This document shows, piece by piece, positions 38,098 to 48,461 of a stretch of 64,000 nt of DNA; the first letter of the stretch is position 1; every line of letters begins with the position of its first letter. Source of the stretch: Planctomycetota bacterium (GTDB taxonomy: Bacteria; Planctomycetota; UBA1135; UBA2386); assembly GCA_046290465.1 (NCBI GenBank), contig JBKAGP010000001.1, forward strand, positions 4,864,001 through 4,928,000, given 5' to 3'. Under the pieces are notes generated by a model that was given only the letters and a program-made list of their open reading frames with translations, had not been told where the DNA came from and did no database searches. The position numbers and the translations under genes are program-made.

Positions 38098-38853
38098 TCA
38101 GATCCCCAGCGACTCGCGCTGCAGCTTGTCGACGTTCTCGCAGGACTTCTGGCCGATCGCGACCATCTCGTGGAACTGCTCGACGGCGAACGGCGCCTTC
38201 TCGGCGGCGCCCTGCACCTCGATCAGCTTGCCGTCGCTGGCGCAGATGACGTTGAGGTCGGCCTCGGCCGAACTGTCCTCGTGGTAGTCGAGGTCGACCA
38301 GCGGCTGGCCGTCCTTGAGCCCGACCGAGATCGCCGACACCAGCCCGCGCATCGGCCACTTCGGCAGCTGCTTCTGCTCCTCCATGTAGAGCAGCGCGTC
38401 GTAGAGCGCGACGATCGCGCCGTTGATCGACGTCGTGCGCGTGCCGCCGTCGGCCTGCAGCACGTCGCAGTCGACCCACAGCGTGACCTCGGGCAGCTGC
38501 TTGAGGTCGACCGCGCAGCGCAGCGCACGGCCGATCAGGCGCTGGATCTCCTGGGTCCGTCCGTCGAGCGGGCGGCCGGTGCGGCCGTCGCGCGGCTTGC
38601 GCGGGTTGCCGGCGTTCGGCAGCATCGAGTATTCCGCCGTCAGCCAGCCGCCCTGGTGGCGGTTGTACATCCAGTGCGGCACCTGGTCCTGGATGCCGAC
38701 GGTGCACAGCACCTTGGTCTTGCCACACTCGGCGAGCACCGAGCCGGGCAGATCCGTGAACGAACGGGTGAACTTGATCGGCCGGTGTTCGTCCGGCGCT
38801 CGGTTGTTCTTGCGAGCCAGGGGTCTTCTCCAGAAAAGGGGTCGACCCGTCAA
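38098..38853 (-). CDS. rph: Ribonuclease PH
   Basis: GWLTAEYSMLP, GRTQEIQRLIGRALR, DVLQADGGTRT, DLDYHEDSSAEADLN. The true start may be CTG at 38820. Confidence 0.96.
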   Translation of the reverse strand: MTGRPLFWRRPLARKNNRAPDEHRPIKFTRSFTDLPGSVLAECGKTKVLCTVGIQDQVPHWMYNRHQGGWLTAEYSMLPNAGNPRKPRDGRTGRPLDGRTQEIQRLIGRALRCAVDLKQLPEVTLWVDCDVLQADGGTRTTSINGAIVALYDALLYMEEQKQLPKWPMRGLVSAISVGLKDGQPLVDLDYHEDSSAEADLNVICASDGKLIEVQGAAEKAPFAVEQFHEMVAIGQKSCENVDKLQRESLGI

Positions 38854-38854
38854 G

Positions 38855-40183
38855 CTATCCCGCCGCCAGGATCGAGGCGAGCGTGCGGCGCAGTTCGTGC
38901 ACGCCGAACGGCTTCTGCAGGCAGTGCAGGTCGGGCCAGGCCGGCGAGGCGGCTGGCGGCTTGGGGGTCAGCAGGCAGATCTTGAGCGACGGCGTGTGCG
39001 CCCGGATCGTGCGCGCCAGCGGGGTGTGGTCGTCGAGTTGCTGGGCGTCGTCGACGATCAGCAGCTCGAACCGGTCGGGCGTCGCCTGCAAGAACGTGTG
39101 GGCCGAGGCGCCGTCGGCGCACGCGAATACGGCGCGGCCGCTGGCCTTCAACTCGCGCGCCAGGACCGCCCGCAGGGCCGGATCCGACTCGAGCACCAGC
39201 GCGCCGCGGAAGTGGTGCTGCTGCTCACCGGCGGCGACCGCCGGCTCCGTGCTGCGTGGCCGCTCGGCCGCGCCCGCGCCCGGGGCCGGGGCCGGGGCCG
39301 GGGCCGCATCGCCGACCGGTCGCTGCACGTCGGCCTCTGGCTCGCTCGGCACCGCGATCGGGAAGCGCACCACCGCGCGCACCGCCTTGCCCGGCAGATG
39401 GGACAGCGTCAGCTCACCGGCGTGGCTGTGCACGAGGTGCTTGGCCGCCTCCCAATCGAGCGCGAACGTCTGGTCGACCAGGTCCTCGCGGTCGGCGCGG
39501 CCGTGCACGGTGATCCATTCGAGGTTGAGCTCGACCTTGATCGTCGGCCGCTCGCGCGAGAACGAACGTTCTGCGGTGAACGTCAGCCGCGTGGCGCCTC
39601 GTTCGGCGCGCAGCAGCGCCGCGCAGACGAACAGCATCGCGTCGCGAACCGCGTCCGGGTTGGCGTCGATGCGCGGCAGTTCGGGCGGCGGGTCCCAGCG
39701 CAGTTCGAGACCGAGCTGCAGCTGCTGCAGTTCGTCGCCCAGGCTCGCGATCATCTCGGCGACGTCGGTGGTGCCGCTCTCGACCCGGCGGCCGCGGCCG
39801 AACGCGACCAGCTTGGTGTGCAGCGTGCGCAGCCGGTTGACCGAGGTCAGCATGGCCTCGGCCGCGCCGGGCAGTTGCGTGCGCGTCGGTGCGGCTTCGA
39901 TCAGGTGGTGCGAGCGCGCTTCGACGGCGCTGACCAGGCTGGCCAGCTCCTCGGCCATCGACAGCGCCATCTGGTGCGACTCGGGCGCGACGATCGTCTC
40001 GATCGTGCTCGGCGCGGGCGGCGTCGGCGGCGGTTCGGCGGGCGGCTCGGCGGGCGGTTCGGGTGGCAGTTCGGCTGGCGCTGCGATCGGCAGCGGCGGT
40101 TCCTTGGCGAACACCATGCGCCAGACCTGCGTCGCGGCCAGGGCGATCGTCACACCGAGGGCAGTCCAGAGAAGCTCGTACAC
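38855..40183 (-). CDS. Degenerate hybrid histidine-kinase/receiver protein
   Basis: N-terminal TM, Pro-rich linker, HisKA/HATPase-like segment without the H-box His, and a C-terminal receiver (VLESD, LLIVD, LQKPF). Confidence 0.7.
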   Translation of the reverse strand: MYELLWTALGVTIALAATQVWRMVFAKEPPLPIAAPAELPPEPPAEPPAEPPPTPPAPSTIETIVAPESHQMALSMAEELASLVSAVEARSHHLIEAAPTRTQLPGAAEAMLTSVNRLRTLHTKLVAFGRGRRVESGTTDVAEMIASLGDELQQLQLGLELRWDPPPELPRIDANPDAVRDAMLFVCAALLRAERGATRLTFTAERSFSRERPTIKVELNLEWITVHGRADREDLVDQTFALDWEAAKHLVHSHAGELTLSHLPGKAVRAVVRFPIAVPSEPEADVQRPVGDAAPAPAPAPGAGAAERPRSTEPAVAAGEQQHHFRGALVLESDPALRAVLARELKASGRAVFACADGASAHTFLQATPDRFELLIVDDAQQLDDHTPLARTIRAHTPSLKICLLTPKPPAASPAWPDLHCLQKPFGVHELRRTLASILAAG

Positions 40184-40271
40184 GTGGGGGGACGCGTGTG
40201 GGGGAGTCGCGCAACGCTAGCCGCGCGCGTGGGTGGCGTCGAGTGGCGAGGCGCGCACGTCGCGCGCAGAC

Positions 40272-41225
40272 TCAGCTGTTGCGTTTTCCGAACGAAAAAC
40301 GGTGGCGCAGCGGGCCCGGATCCGCCGCGTCCGGCGTCGCCACGACCTCGCCGCCGACCGCGAGCCGGGCGCACGAACGCACCAGCGTGTCGGCGATGAA
40401 GCCACCGCGTCGGCCGTCGACGTGCTCGCGGACGGGTGTGCACGCGTGCTGCAGCAGCGCCGCCGGCACGGCGAGGAAGCGGCTGCGCAGGCGCCAGCCG
40501 ACCACCACGCGCGGCAGTTCGACGTCGAGTCGCAGGTCGTCGCGATGCGCTTCGCCGCGCAGCACCAGGCGGCACGGCCAGCCGACCGGGCCGCGACCGA
40601 GGCGGCCCTCGAGCGTCAGTTCGGTGGCGAGCTTGCCGGTGACGTAGCGGACCGGCGCGAGGAACTGCGCCGAGAACAGCCGCGGGCGTTCGTCGGGGGA
40701 GGCGACGAACGCGTCGAGCGTGCCGTAGTCGCGGCGCGCCTCGAACCACAGGCAGTTCTCCGACTGGAAGTCGCTGGCGCGGTCGACGAGCAGCACGCCG
40801 CCCTTGCGCGAGAAGCGCGCGCGCGCGCCGCCGGAGGCGACCAGCAGGTCCTTCTTGCGGCGCAGTTCGCGACCCTCGAACGTCTGCGCCGTGTCGTCGA
40901 CGACGGGCGGCTCGTCGGGCTCCGGTGCGAGCGAACACGCCTCCTCGAGCCGCGCCGCGAAGCCGCGCGCGACGCCGTCCTGCACCGTGCCGGCCCACAG
41001 GTCGGGGTGCCGTTCGCGGTCGAGATCTGCCAGATGGGCGCGGGCGGCCTCGGAGCGCGCCACGGCGCGTTCGGCGCGGTGGATCAGCTGCTTGAGGTCG
41101 ATGCGGCAGTCGGCGCTGCCCGCTGCCGGCGAGCAGGTCGCCGCGGCGTCTCGCTTTTCGCCCTGCAGCACCTGGAGCAGGGTCGCGGCGAGGCGATCCG
41201 GGTGGGGCTGCGGCGGCGGGTGCAT
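40272..41225 (-). CDS. Hypothetical protein (weak resemblance to a glycosidase C-terminal beta-sandwich)
   Basis: ATG at 41225, divergent from the glycosyltransferase gene; beta-rich C-terminal half. Confidence 0.55.
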   Translation of the reverse strand: MHPPPQPHPDRLAATLLQVLQGEKRDAAATCSPAAGSADCRIDLKQLIHRAERAVARSEAARAHLADLDRERHPDLWAGTVQDGVARGFAARLEEACSLAPEPDEPPVVDDTAQTFEGRELRRKKDLLVASGGARARFSRKGGVLLVDRASDFQSENCLWFEARRDYGTLDAFVASPDERPRLFSAQFLAPVRYVTGKLATELTLEGRLGRGPVGWPCRLVLRGEAHRDDLRLDVELPRVVVGWRLRSRFLAVPAALLQHACTPVREHVDGRRGGFIADTLVRSCARLAVGGEVVATPDAADPGPLRHRFSFGKRNS

Positions 41226-41313
41226 CGCGCGATCTTGACGCGAGCTTGCTTCCCTTGCCACAGGCCAGTTGTTCGTTTCAGCAACGGCAGGGAAGTGCCG
41301 ATGAGAACGCACG

Positions 41314-43590
41314 ATGAACCACGTCCGGATCCACGGTGACCCGTTCGGAGACCGCTCCGACGCGAGCGCGCTGCGCAGCTTCCTGCGCTTCGCGCTCGGC
41401 AACGGCATGCACGCGTCGTTGTCGCTGTCAGCGGTCCCGGCGTGCGCGGCCGGGCCGGGCGAACGGCTGATCCCGCTGTCGGACGGGGTGCGCAACTGGA
41501 ACGCGGCGACCCGGCTGCCGCCGGCCGAGGTCGAGCTGATCCTGCGCGCCGCACAGGCGCATGCCGTGGCGACCGCGCCGCTGGTGGTGTTCGCCGACCC
41601 GGTCGAGCGCGACGACGCGGTGCGGTTGGCGGGCCTCGAGTGGCCGAAGGCCTCGGCGGTCGTGGTCGCGCGCTGCGGCATGAGCGCGCCCGAGCTGATG
41701 GATCGCGTGCGCGGCGAGCTGCGCTGGGCCGGCTCCGAGCGGCAGCGTCACGGCTGCTCCGAGGGCGAGCTGCGCTCGTGGATCGCGCTCGGCGACGGCG
41801 AGGCGACCAGCGTCGTGCACGTCGCCGACGACCCGTTCGCCGGTGGCACCGACCTGGTCGTGACGACGTTCGCGCAGCACTTCGCCGACCGCGGGCTGCG
41901 CCTGCGGCTGGTGCTGCCGGGCGTGCAGCAGGGCGCGATCGCGGAGCTGCGCACGCTGGCCGGCGACGCCGCTGCGGCGATCGACGTCGTGCAGGAGCCG
42001 TTCGCAGCGCACCACGCGCTCGACGCGGCCGTCATCGTGCAGCCCTGCCGTCGCTTCTCGCGGTCGCGCGAGCTGGTGTTCGCGCTGGCGTCGGCCCGCC
42101 CGGTCGTGGCGGCGCGCTTTGCCGACAACGCCGAGCTGTTGGCCGGCCGCGCGGTGGTGCACCCGGTCGGTGGCCGCTACGTCCGCGAGGACGCCGTGCA
42201 CGGGCCCCACTTCGCGCCGCACCCGATCGCGCTCGCCGCCGCGTGGTCAGATGCGCTCGGCGAGAGCCGGCCGTCGCCGACGGGCGCGCGGGCGCGCGCG
42301 CACGTCGTCGCCGAGCTGACGCGCGGGCGCCCGGCAACGCCGCCGCCGCCGATCCATCCGATCGGCCAGACGCGTCCGACCGTGGTGCTCGAGGCGCCGA
42401 TGTTCGAAACCTCGTCGTCGGCCGAGCTGACCATCGAGACGGCGCGCGCGCTGCACGCGCGCGGCAACGTCGAACTGCGGCTCGTGCCGCAGGCACCGTT
42501 CCGCCACGACCTCGCCTGGCTGCGGGCGCGTGCGCCCGAACTCGAGCCGTGCCTGACGCGCGATCCCGGTCGCGTCGACCTGTGGCTGTCGTCGGGTTGG
42601 CCGGTGCGCGCCGACCGGCCCGACTGCCGGCAATGGGCGCTGCGGGTCGACTGGGAATACGGCGCGCTGCCGCAGAGCCTGACCCCGCACGTCACCGAGG
42701 ACGCCGACCGCGTCGTGGTGCACAGCGAGCACGTCTACCGGACCGTGACGGCGGCCGGCCGTGCGATGCCGGACGTCTCGGTGGTGCCGCACGGCGTCGA
42801 TGCCGCGATGTGCGCCGATGCGGTGCCGGATCCGCGCGTCGTCGCGTTCAAGGGCGAGCTGCCGGCCGTGCTGTTCTGCGGCGGCCTGGTGTGGCGCAAG
42901 GGCTTCGACGTTTTCTTGAGCGCGGTGCTCGCGGCGCGCGCCGAGGGCCACGAGTTCGTCGTCGTCGTCAAGGGGATCGGCGCCGAGCAGCACTACGGCG
43001 GCTATCACCTCGGCGGCCTGCTCGAGCGATTCGAGGCCACCGAAGGAACGCCGCCGCTGCTGCGCATCGACGGCAACCTGTCGCGCGAGCAGCTGGCGTC
43101 GGTCTACACGGCTTGTGACGTGATGCTGCACCCGTATCGCGGTGAGGGCTTCTGCATGCCGGTGCTCGAGGCGCGCGCCTGTGGCCTGCCGGTGATCGCC
43201 ACCGGCAGCGGTGCGACCGAGCCGTTGATGACCGGGGCGGGCGCGTTCCGGATCCGGTCGGAGCGGCGCGCGCTGGACCTGCCGGGGGCGCACGTCTCGA
43301 AGCCGTGGATCTTCGAGCCGGATCCGGCGAGCGCGACCGAGCAGCTCGATCGGGTGCTCGGCAACCTCGCCGAAGAACGGCAGCTCGCCCGTGACCTGTC
43401 GCAGGCGGTGCGCGAGGCGTTCACGTGGGACATGGCCGCGGCGGCGATCGAGCAGTTCGCCGACGTCGGGCTGCGCCAGCGGAGCGTGCGGCCCTCGCGC
43501 GCGGAGCCGACCGTGGTGCTGCCACCGGTGCCGCCGAGGACCGTGGCGCCCGCGCCGGCGGCGGTGCGACCGCAGCCGGTCCGCAGCTAG
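41314..43590 (+). CDS. GT4-family glycosyltransferase with a degenerate N-terminal GT-like half
   Basis: WEYGALP, VVPHGVD, GGLVWRKGFD, HPYRGEGFCMPVLEARACGLPVIAT. Confidence 0.88.
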   Translation: MNHVRIHGDPFGDRSDASALRSFLRFALGNGMHASLSLSAVPACAAGPGERLIPLSDGVRNWNAATRLPPAEVELILRAAQAHAVATAPLVVFADPVERDDAVRLAGLEWPKASAVVVARCGMSAPELMDRVRGELRWAGSERQRHGCSEGELRSWIALGDGEATSVVHVADDPFAGGTDLVVTTFAQHFADRGLRLRLVLPGVQQGAIAELRTLAGDAAAAIDVVQEPFAAHHALDAAVIVQPCRRFSRSRELVFALASARPVVAARFADNAELLAGRAVVHPVGGRYVREDAVHGPHFAPHPIALAAAWSDALGESRPSPTGARARAHVVAELTRGRPATPPPPIHPIGQTRPTVVLEAPMFETSSSAELTIETARALHARGNVELRLVPQAPFRHDLAWLRARAPELEPCLTRDPGRVDLWLSSGWPVRADRPDCRQWALRVDWEYGALPQSLTPHVTEDADRVVVHSEHVYRTVTAAGRAMPDVSVVPHGVDAAMCADAVPDPRVVAFKGELPAVLFCGGLVWRKGFDVFLSAVLAARAEGHEFVVVVKGIGAEQHYGGYHLGGLLERFEATEGTPPLLRIDGNLSREQLASVYTACDVMLHPYRGEGFCMPVLEARACGLPVIATGSGATEPLMTGAGAFRIRSERRALDLPGAHVSKPWIFEPDPASATEQLDRVLGNLAEERQLARDLSQAVREAFTWDMAAAAIEQFADVGLRQRSVRPSRAEPTVVLPPVPPRTVAPAPAAVRPQPVRS

Positions 43591-43683
43591 TCGCATGAAC
43601 GGGTCGGTCGTCCGGAACGCCGGTCCCCAAGAACCCGACTTCTGGCCCGAACTCCCGATCCGTCCCACTAGGCTCTCCGTCCG

Positions 43684-45488
<1,805 letters not shown>

Positions 45489-45492
<4 letters not shown>

Positions 45493-46340
45493 CCGACCGA
45501 CCCTCGACGCCTGCCATGCTCGACGCCTCCGACCTCGCCGCCCGCCTCGACTTCGCGACCGCCATCGCGCGCGCTGCCGGCAGCCGACTGCTGTCGCTGC
45601 GCGAGAGCGGCAGGTGGGAGGATCCGAAGATCATGGGCAACATCGGCGACCAGGCCGCCGACGGCTACCTGCAGGGCGCGATCTTCGGTCGCTATCCGGA
45701 CGATGCAATCCTGTCGGAGGAGACCAAGGACGACCTCGAACGGACCAGCAAGCGGGTCGCGTGGATCGTCGATCCGCTCGACGGGACCAAGGAGTACTCG
45801 ACCGGCCGCCAGGACTGGGCGGTGCATGTCGGTCTCGCGGTCGAGCAGCAGCCGGTGCTCGGCGTGGTCGCGTTGCCGTCGGTCGGTCGCGTGCTGACGG
45901 CGACCAACGTCGCCGGCAGCGTCGAGGCCCGGGTGCTGGGGGACGACGGCGACTGGCCGAGCGCGTTCGTGCCGGACGCTGGCGAGCAGGCGGGCGAGAA
46001 GCTCCGGCTGGTCGCGAGCCGCAGCCACACGCCGGAGTGGATGCAGAAGTTCGCAGCCGGCATGGGCGACGCAGAGCTGGTCCCGTGTGGCAGCGTCGGC
46101 TTCAAGGTGTCGATGCTGCTGTTCGGCAAGGCCGACATCTACGTGCACAAGGTCGGCCTCAAGGAGTGGGACACGTGTGCGCCGGAGGCGATCGCACGCG
46201 CCGCCGGCTACGAGGTCTGCCGCTTCGACGGCAAGGCGCACCGCTACAACCAGGAGAACGCGCGCAACGACGAACTGGTCGTCTGCCGGCCGTGGTTGAA
46301 GGAGCGCGTGCTCGCCGGCCTGCAGCAGGTCGGGGCCTGA
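45489..46340 (+). CDS. cysQ: 3'(2'),5'-bisphosphate nucleotidase (inositol monophosphatase family)
   Basis: ILSEE, WIVDPLDGTKEY, VASRSH, EWDTCAP; adjacent to cysNC/D/C. Confidence 0.88.
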
Positions 46341-46356
46341 TCGCTGCGCGCGCGGC

Positions 46357-47244
46357 TCAGACGATGTCCGCGTGCTTGTGCTTGTTGGCCACGAACGAGA
46401 CGTAGCCGAACACCATCACGGCTGCGGCCCAGGCGGCGAGCACCCCGATGTGGTGCCAGACGTCGACCAGCATGTAGTCGACGTTCTCGCCGCCGAGCAC
46501 GATGCGGTGCGCGCACAGCAGCGAGTAGGCCGGGTTGGCGGAAAACAGCACGTTGGCCCAGTCCCTGCCCATCAGCTCGATCATCATGGCCGGCTTCCAG
46601 AACACCGGCGACAGGAAGAACCACGAGGTCGCGAAGATGCGCCAGACGTGCTGCACGTCGCGCACGAACACGTTGGCATTGCCGAGCAGCATGCCGAGGC
46701 CGAGCGAGAAGAAGAACTGCAGTACCAGCACCACCGGCAGCAGCAGGATCTCGACGCCCGGGTAGCGCGCGCCGGAGACGACGCCGATCAGCACGGTCAG
46801 GGTCGCGCCGACCATGTAGACGACCAGGGAGACCATCGCCGGCGGCAGCGGCAGGATCTCGGACGGGAACGCGACCTTCTTCACGAGGTTGCTGTTGGTC
46901 ACGACGATGTTGCAGCACGTCGAGGCCGCCTCGGTCAGCGCGTGGAAGCAGATGACGCCGTTGAACAGGTACAGCGCGAACTCGATGCTCGGTCCCCCCT
47001 CGTCCTTGGAGTACATGACCCCGAAGATCAGGAAGTAGACGCAGAACATGAACATCGGCTGCACCAGCATCCACCAGGCGCCGAGCATCGAGCCGTGGAA
47101 GCGGCTGCGCAGCTCGCGCTGGAAGAAGTTCTGCACCATGTAGCGGTTCTGCCAGACCAGGTTGGGCAGGCAGACCATCGAGCGCAGATGGTTCAGGACG
47201 CCGGGCTTGCGTGCGTCGGTGTCGAACGTGCGGGCCAGGGTCAT
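46357..47244 (-). CDS. wzm: ABC-2 polysaccharide export permease (Wzm-like)
   Basis: RELRSRFHGSMLGAWWMLVQP, NLVKKVAFPSEILP, FVRDVQH, FFLSPVFW. Confidence 0.9.
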   Translation of the reverse strand: MTLARTFDTDARKPGVLNHLRSMVCLPNLVWQNRYMVQNFFQRELRSRFHGSMLGAWWMLVQPMFMFCVYFLIFGVMYSKDEGGPSIEFALYLFNGVICFHALTEAASTCCNIVVTNSNLVKKVAFPSEILPLPPAMVSLVVYMVGATLTVLIGVVSGARYPGVEILLLPVVLVLQFFFSLGLGMLLGNANVFVRDVQHVWRIFATSWFFLSPVFWKPAMMIELMGRDWANVLFSANPAYSLLCAHRIVLGGENVDYMLVDVWHHIGVLAAWAAAVMVFGYVSFVANKHKHADIV

Positions 47245-48452
47245 GCCTTCACCTCGCGCGGCTCCAGCTCCCAGTGGTGCTGTTGCAGGAACAGGCCGAG
47301 GTCCTTGGTGCGGTTCTGCACGACCAGCGGCTGGTCCACCGGGCGTTCGTGGAAGCGGTGCACGCCCTGTTCGTCGAACAGCCAGATCGGCAGCGAGAAC
47401 TCGCCGGACAGCAGGCTGAGGCCGTCGAGGTGCAGGTTGACGTAGCCCTCCTCGAAGTCGAACACGAGATCGGAGAACTGCGTCGTGTGCGCGAAGCAGA
47501 GCGTGCCGTCGGAACGCATCGCGCCGACCGCCAGCGTCAACCGCTCGCGCGGTGCGTTGCGCACCTGCACGCGCACGATCACGTCGTCACCGGGCGCGAA
47601 CGTGTTGCGCGGTTGGCGCGTCCGGCCGTCGAGCAGCTCGGCGCCCATGATGCGCGGGTGGTTCTTGCCTTCGGCGTCCTTGACGTCCTGGAACGGCATC
47701 TCGTCGCTGCCTTCGGCGATGTGGTCCTCGTGGGTCGCGTACTCGTTGGTGACGGTGACCGAGTCGGCGACCATCTGCACGCGCCCCTTGCGCAGCCAGA
47801 CGGCGCGGTCGCAGATCTGGCGCACGTCGTAGAGCGAGTGTGAGCAGAAGAACAGCGACTTGCCGCGCTTCTTGTAGTCGAGGATCTTGTCGACGCACTT
47901 GCGCCGGAAGTTCATGTCGCCGACCGCGAGGATCTCGTCGAGGATCAGCATGTCCGGGTCTGCAGACACGGCGACGCTGAAGCCGAGCCGCGCGGTCATG
48001 CCCGACGAGTAGGTGCTGATCGGCGAGTCGATGAAGTCTCCCAGCTCGCTGAACTCGATGATCTCGTCGACGCGCTTCTTCGCTTCCTTGCGCGAGAAGC
48101 CCATCATCGCCGCGTTCATGTAGATGTTCGCGCGGCCCGTGAAGGTGCGCTGGAAGCCCGCGCCGAGCTCGAGCAGGCTGGTGACCCGGCCGCGCACCTT
48201 GTAGCGGCCGGTGGTCGGGAACGTCGTGCCGGTCAGCACCTTCAGCAGGGTCGACTTGCCGGCGCCGTTGCTGCCGATCAGGCCGACGCACTCACCGGGC
48301 GAGACGTCGAACGAGACGTCCTGCAGCGCCGCGACCTCGGTGTGGTAGCGCTTGCCGCGGTTCCACGGCAGCTTCTCGAGCAGGCGGCCGTACGGGTTGC
48401 GGTACAGCCGGTAGGTCTTGCTCAGGTTGCGGGCTTCGATGACGTGTTCCAT
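47241..48452 (-). CDS. wzt: ABC polysaccharide export ATPase with Wzt_C domain
   Basis: GSNGAGKST, YSSGMTARLGFS, LDEILAVGD, C-terminal carbohydrate-binding-type domain. Confidence 0.92.
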   Translation of the reverse strand: MEHVIEARNLSKTYRLYRNPYGRLLEKLPWNRGKRYHTEVAALQDVSFDVSPGECVGLIGSNGAGKSTLLKVLTGTTFPTTGRYKVRGRVTSLLELGAGFQRTFTGRANIYMNAAMMGFSRKEAKKRVDEIIEFSELGDFIDSPISTYSSGMTARLGFSVAVSADPDMLILDEILAVGDMNFRRKCVDKILDYKKRGKSLFFCSHSLYDVRQICDRAVWLRKGRVQMVADSVTVTNEYATHEDHIAEGSDEMPFQDVKDAEGKNHPRIMGAELLDGRTRQPRNTFAPGDDVIVRVQVRNAPRERLTLAVGAMRSDGTLCFAHTTQFSDLVFDFEEGYVNLHLDGLSLLSGEFSLPIWLFDEQGVHRFHERPVDQPLVVQNRTKDLGLFLQQHHWELEPREVKA

Positions 48453-48461
48453 GCGCGTGGC

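Noticed and set aside
39270..39306. (CCGGGG)n microsatellite as a phase-variation tract
   Set aside because: It is an in-frame hexamer encoding an Ala-Pro linker and would not shift the frame.
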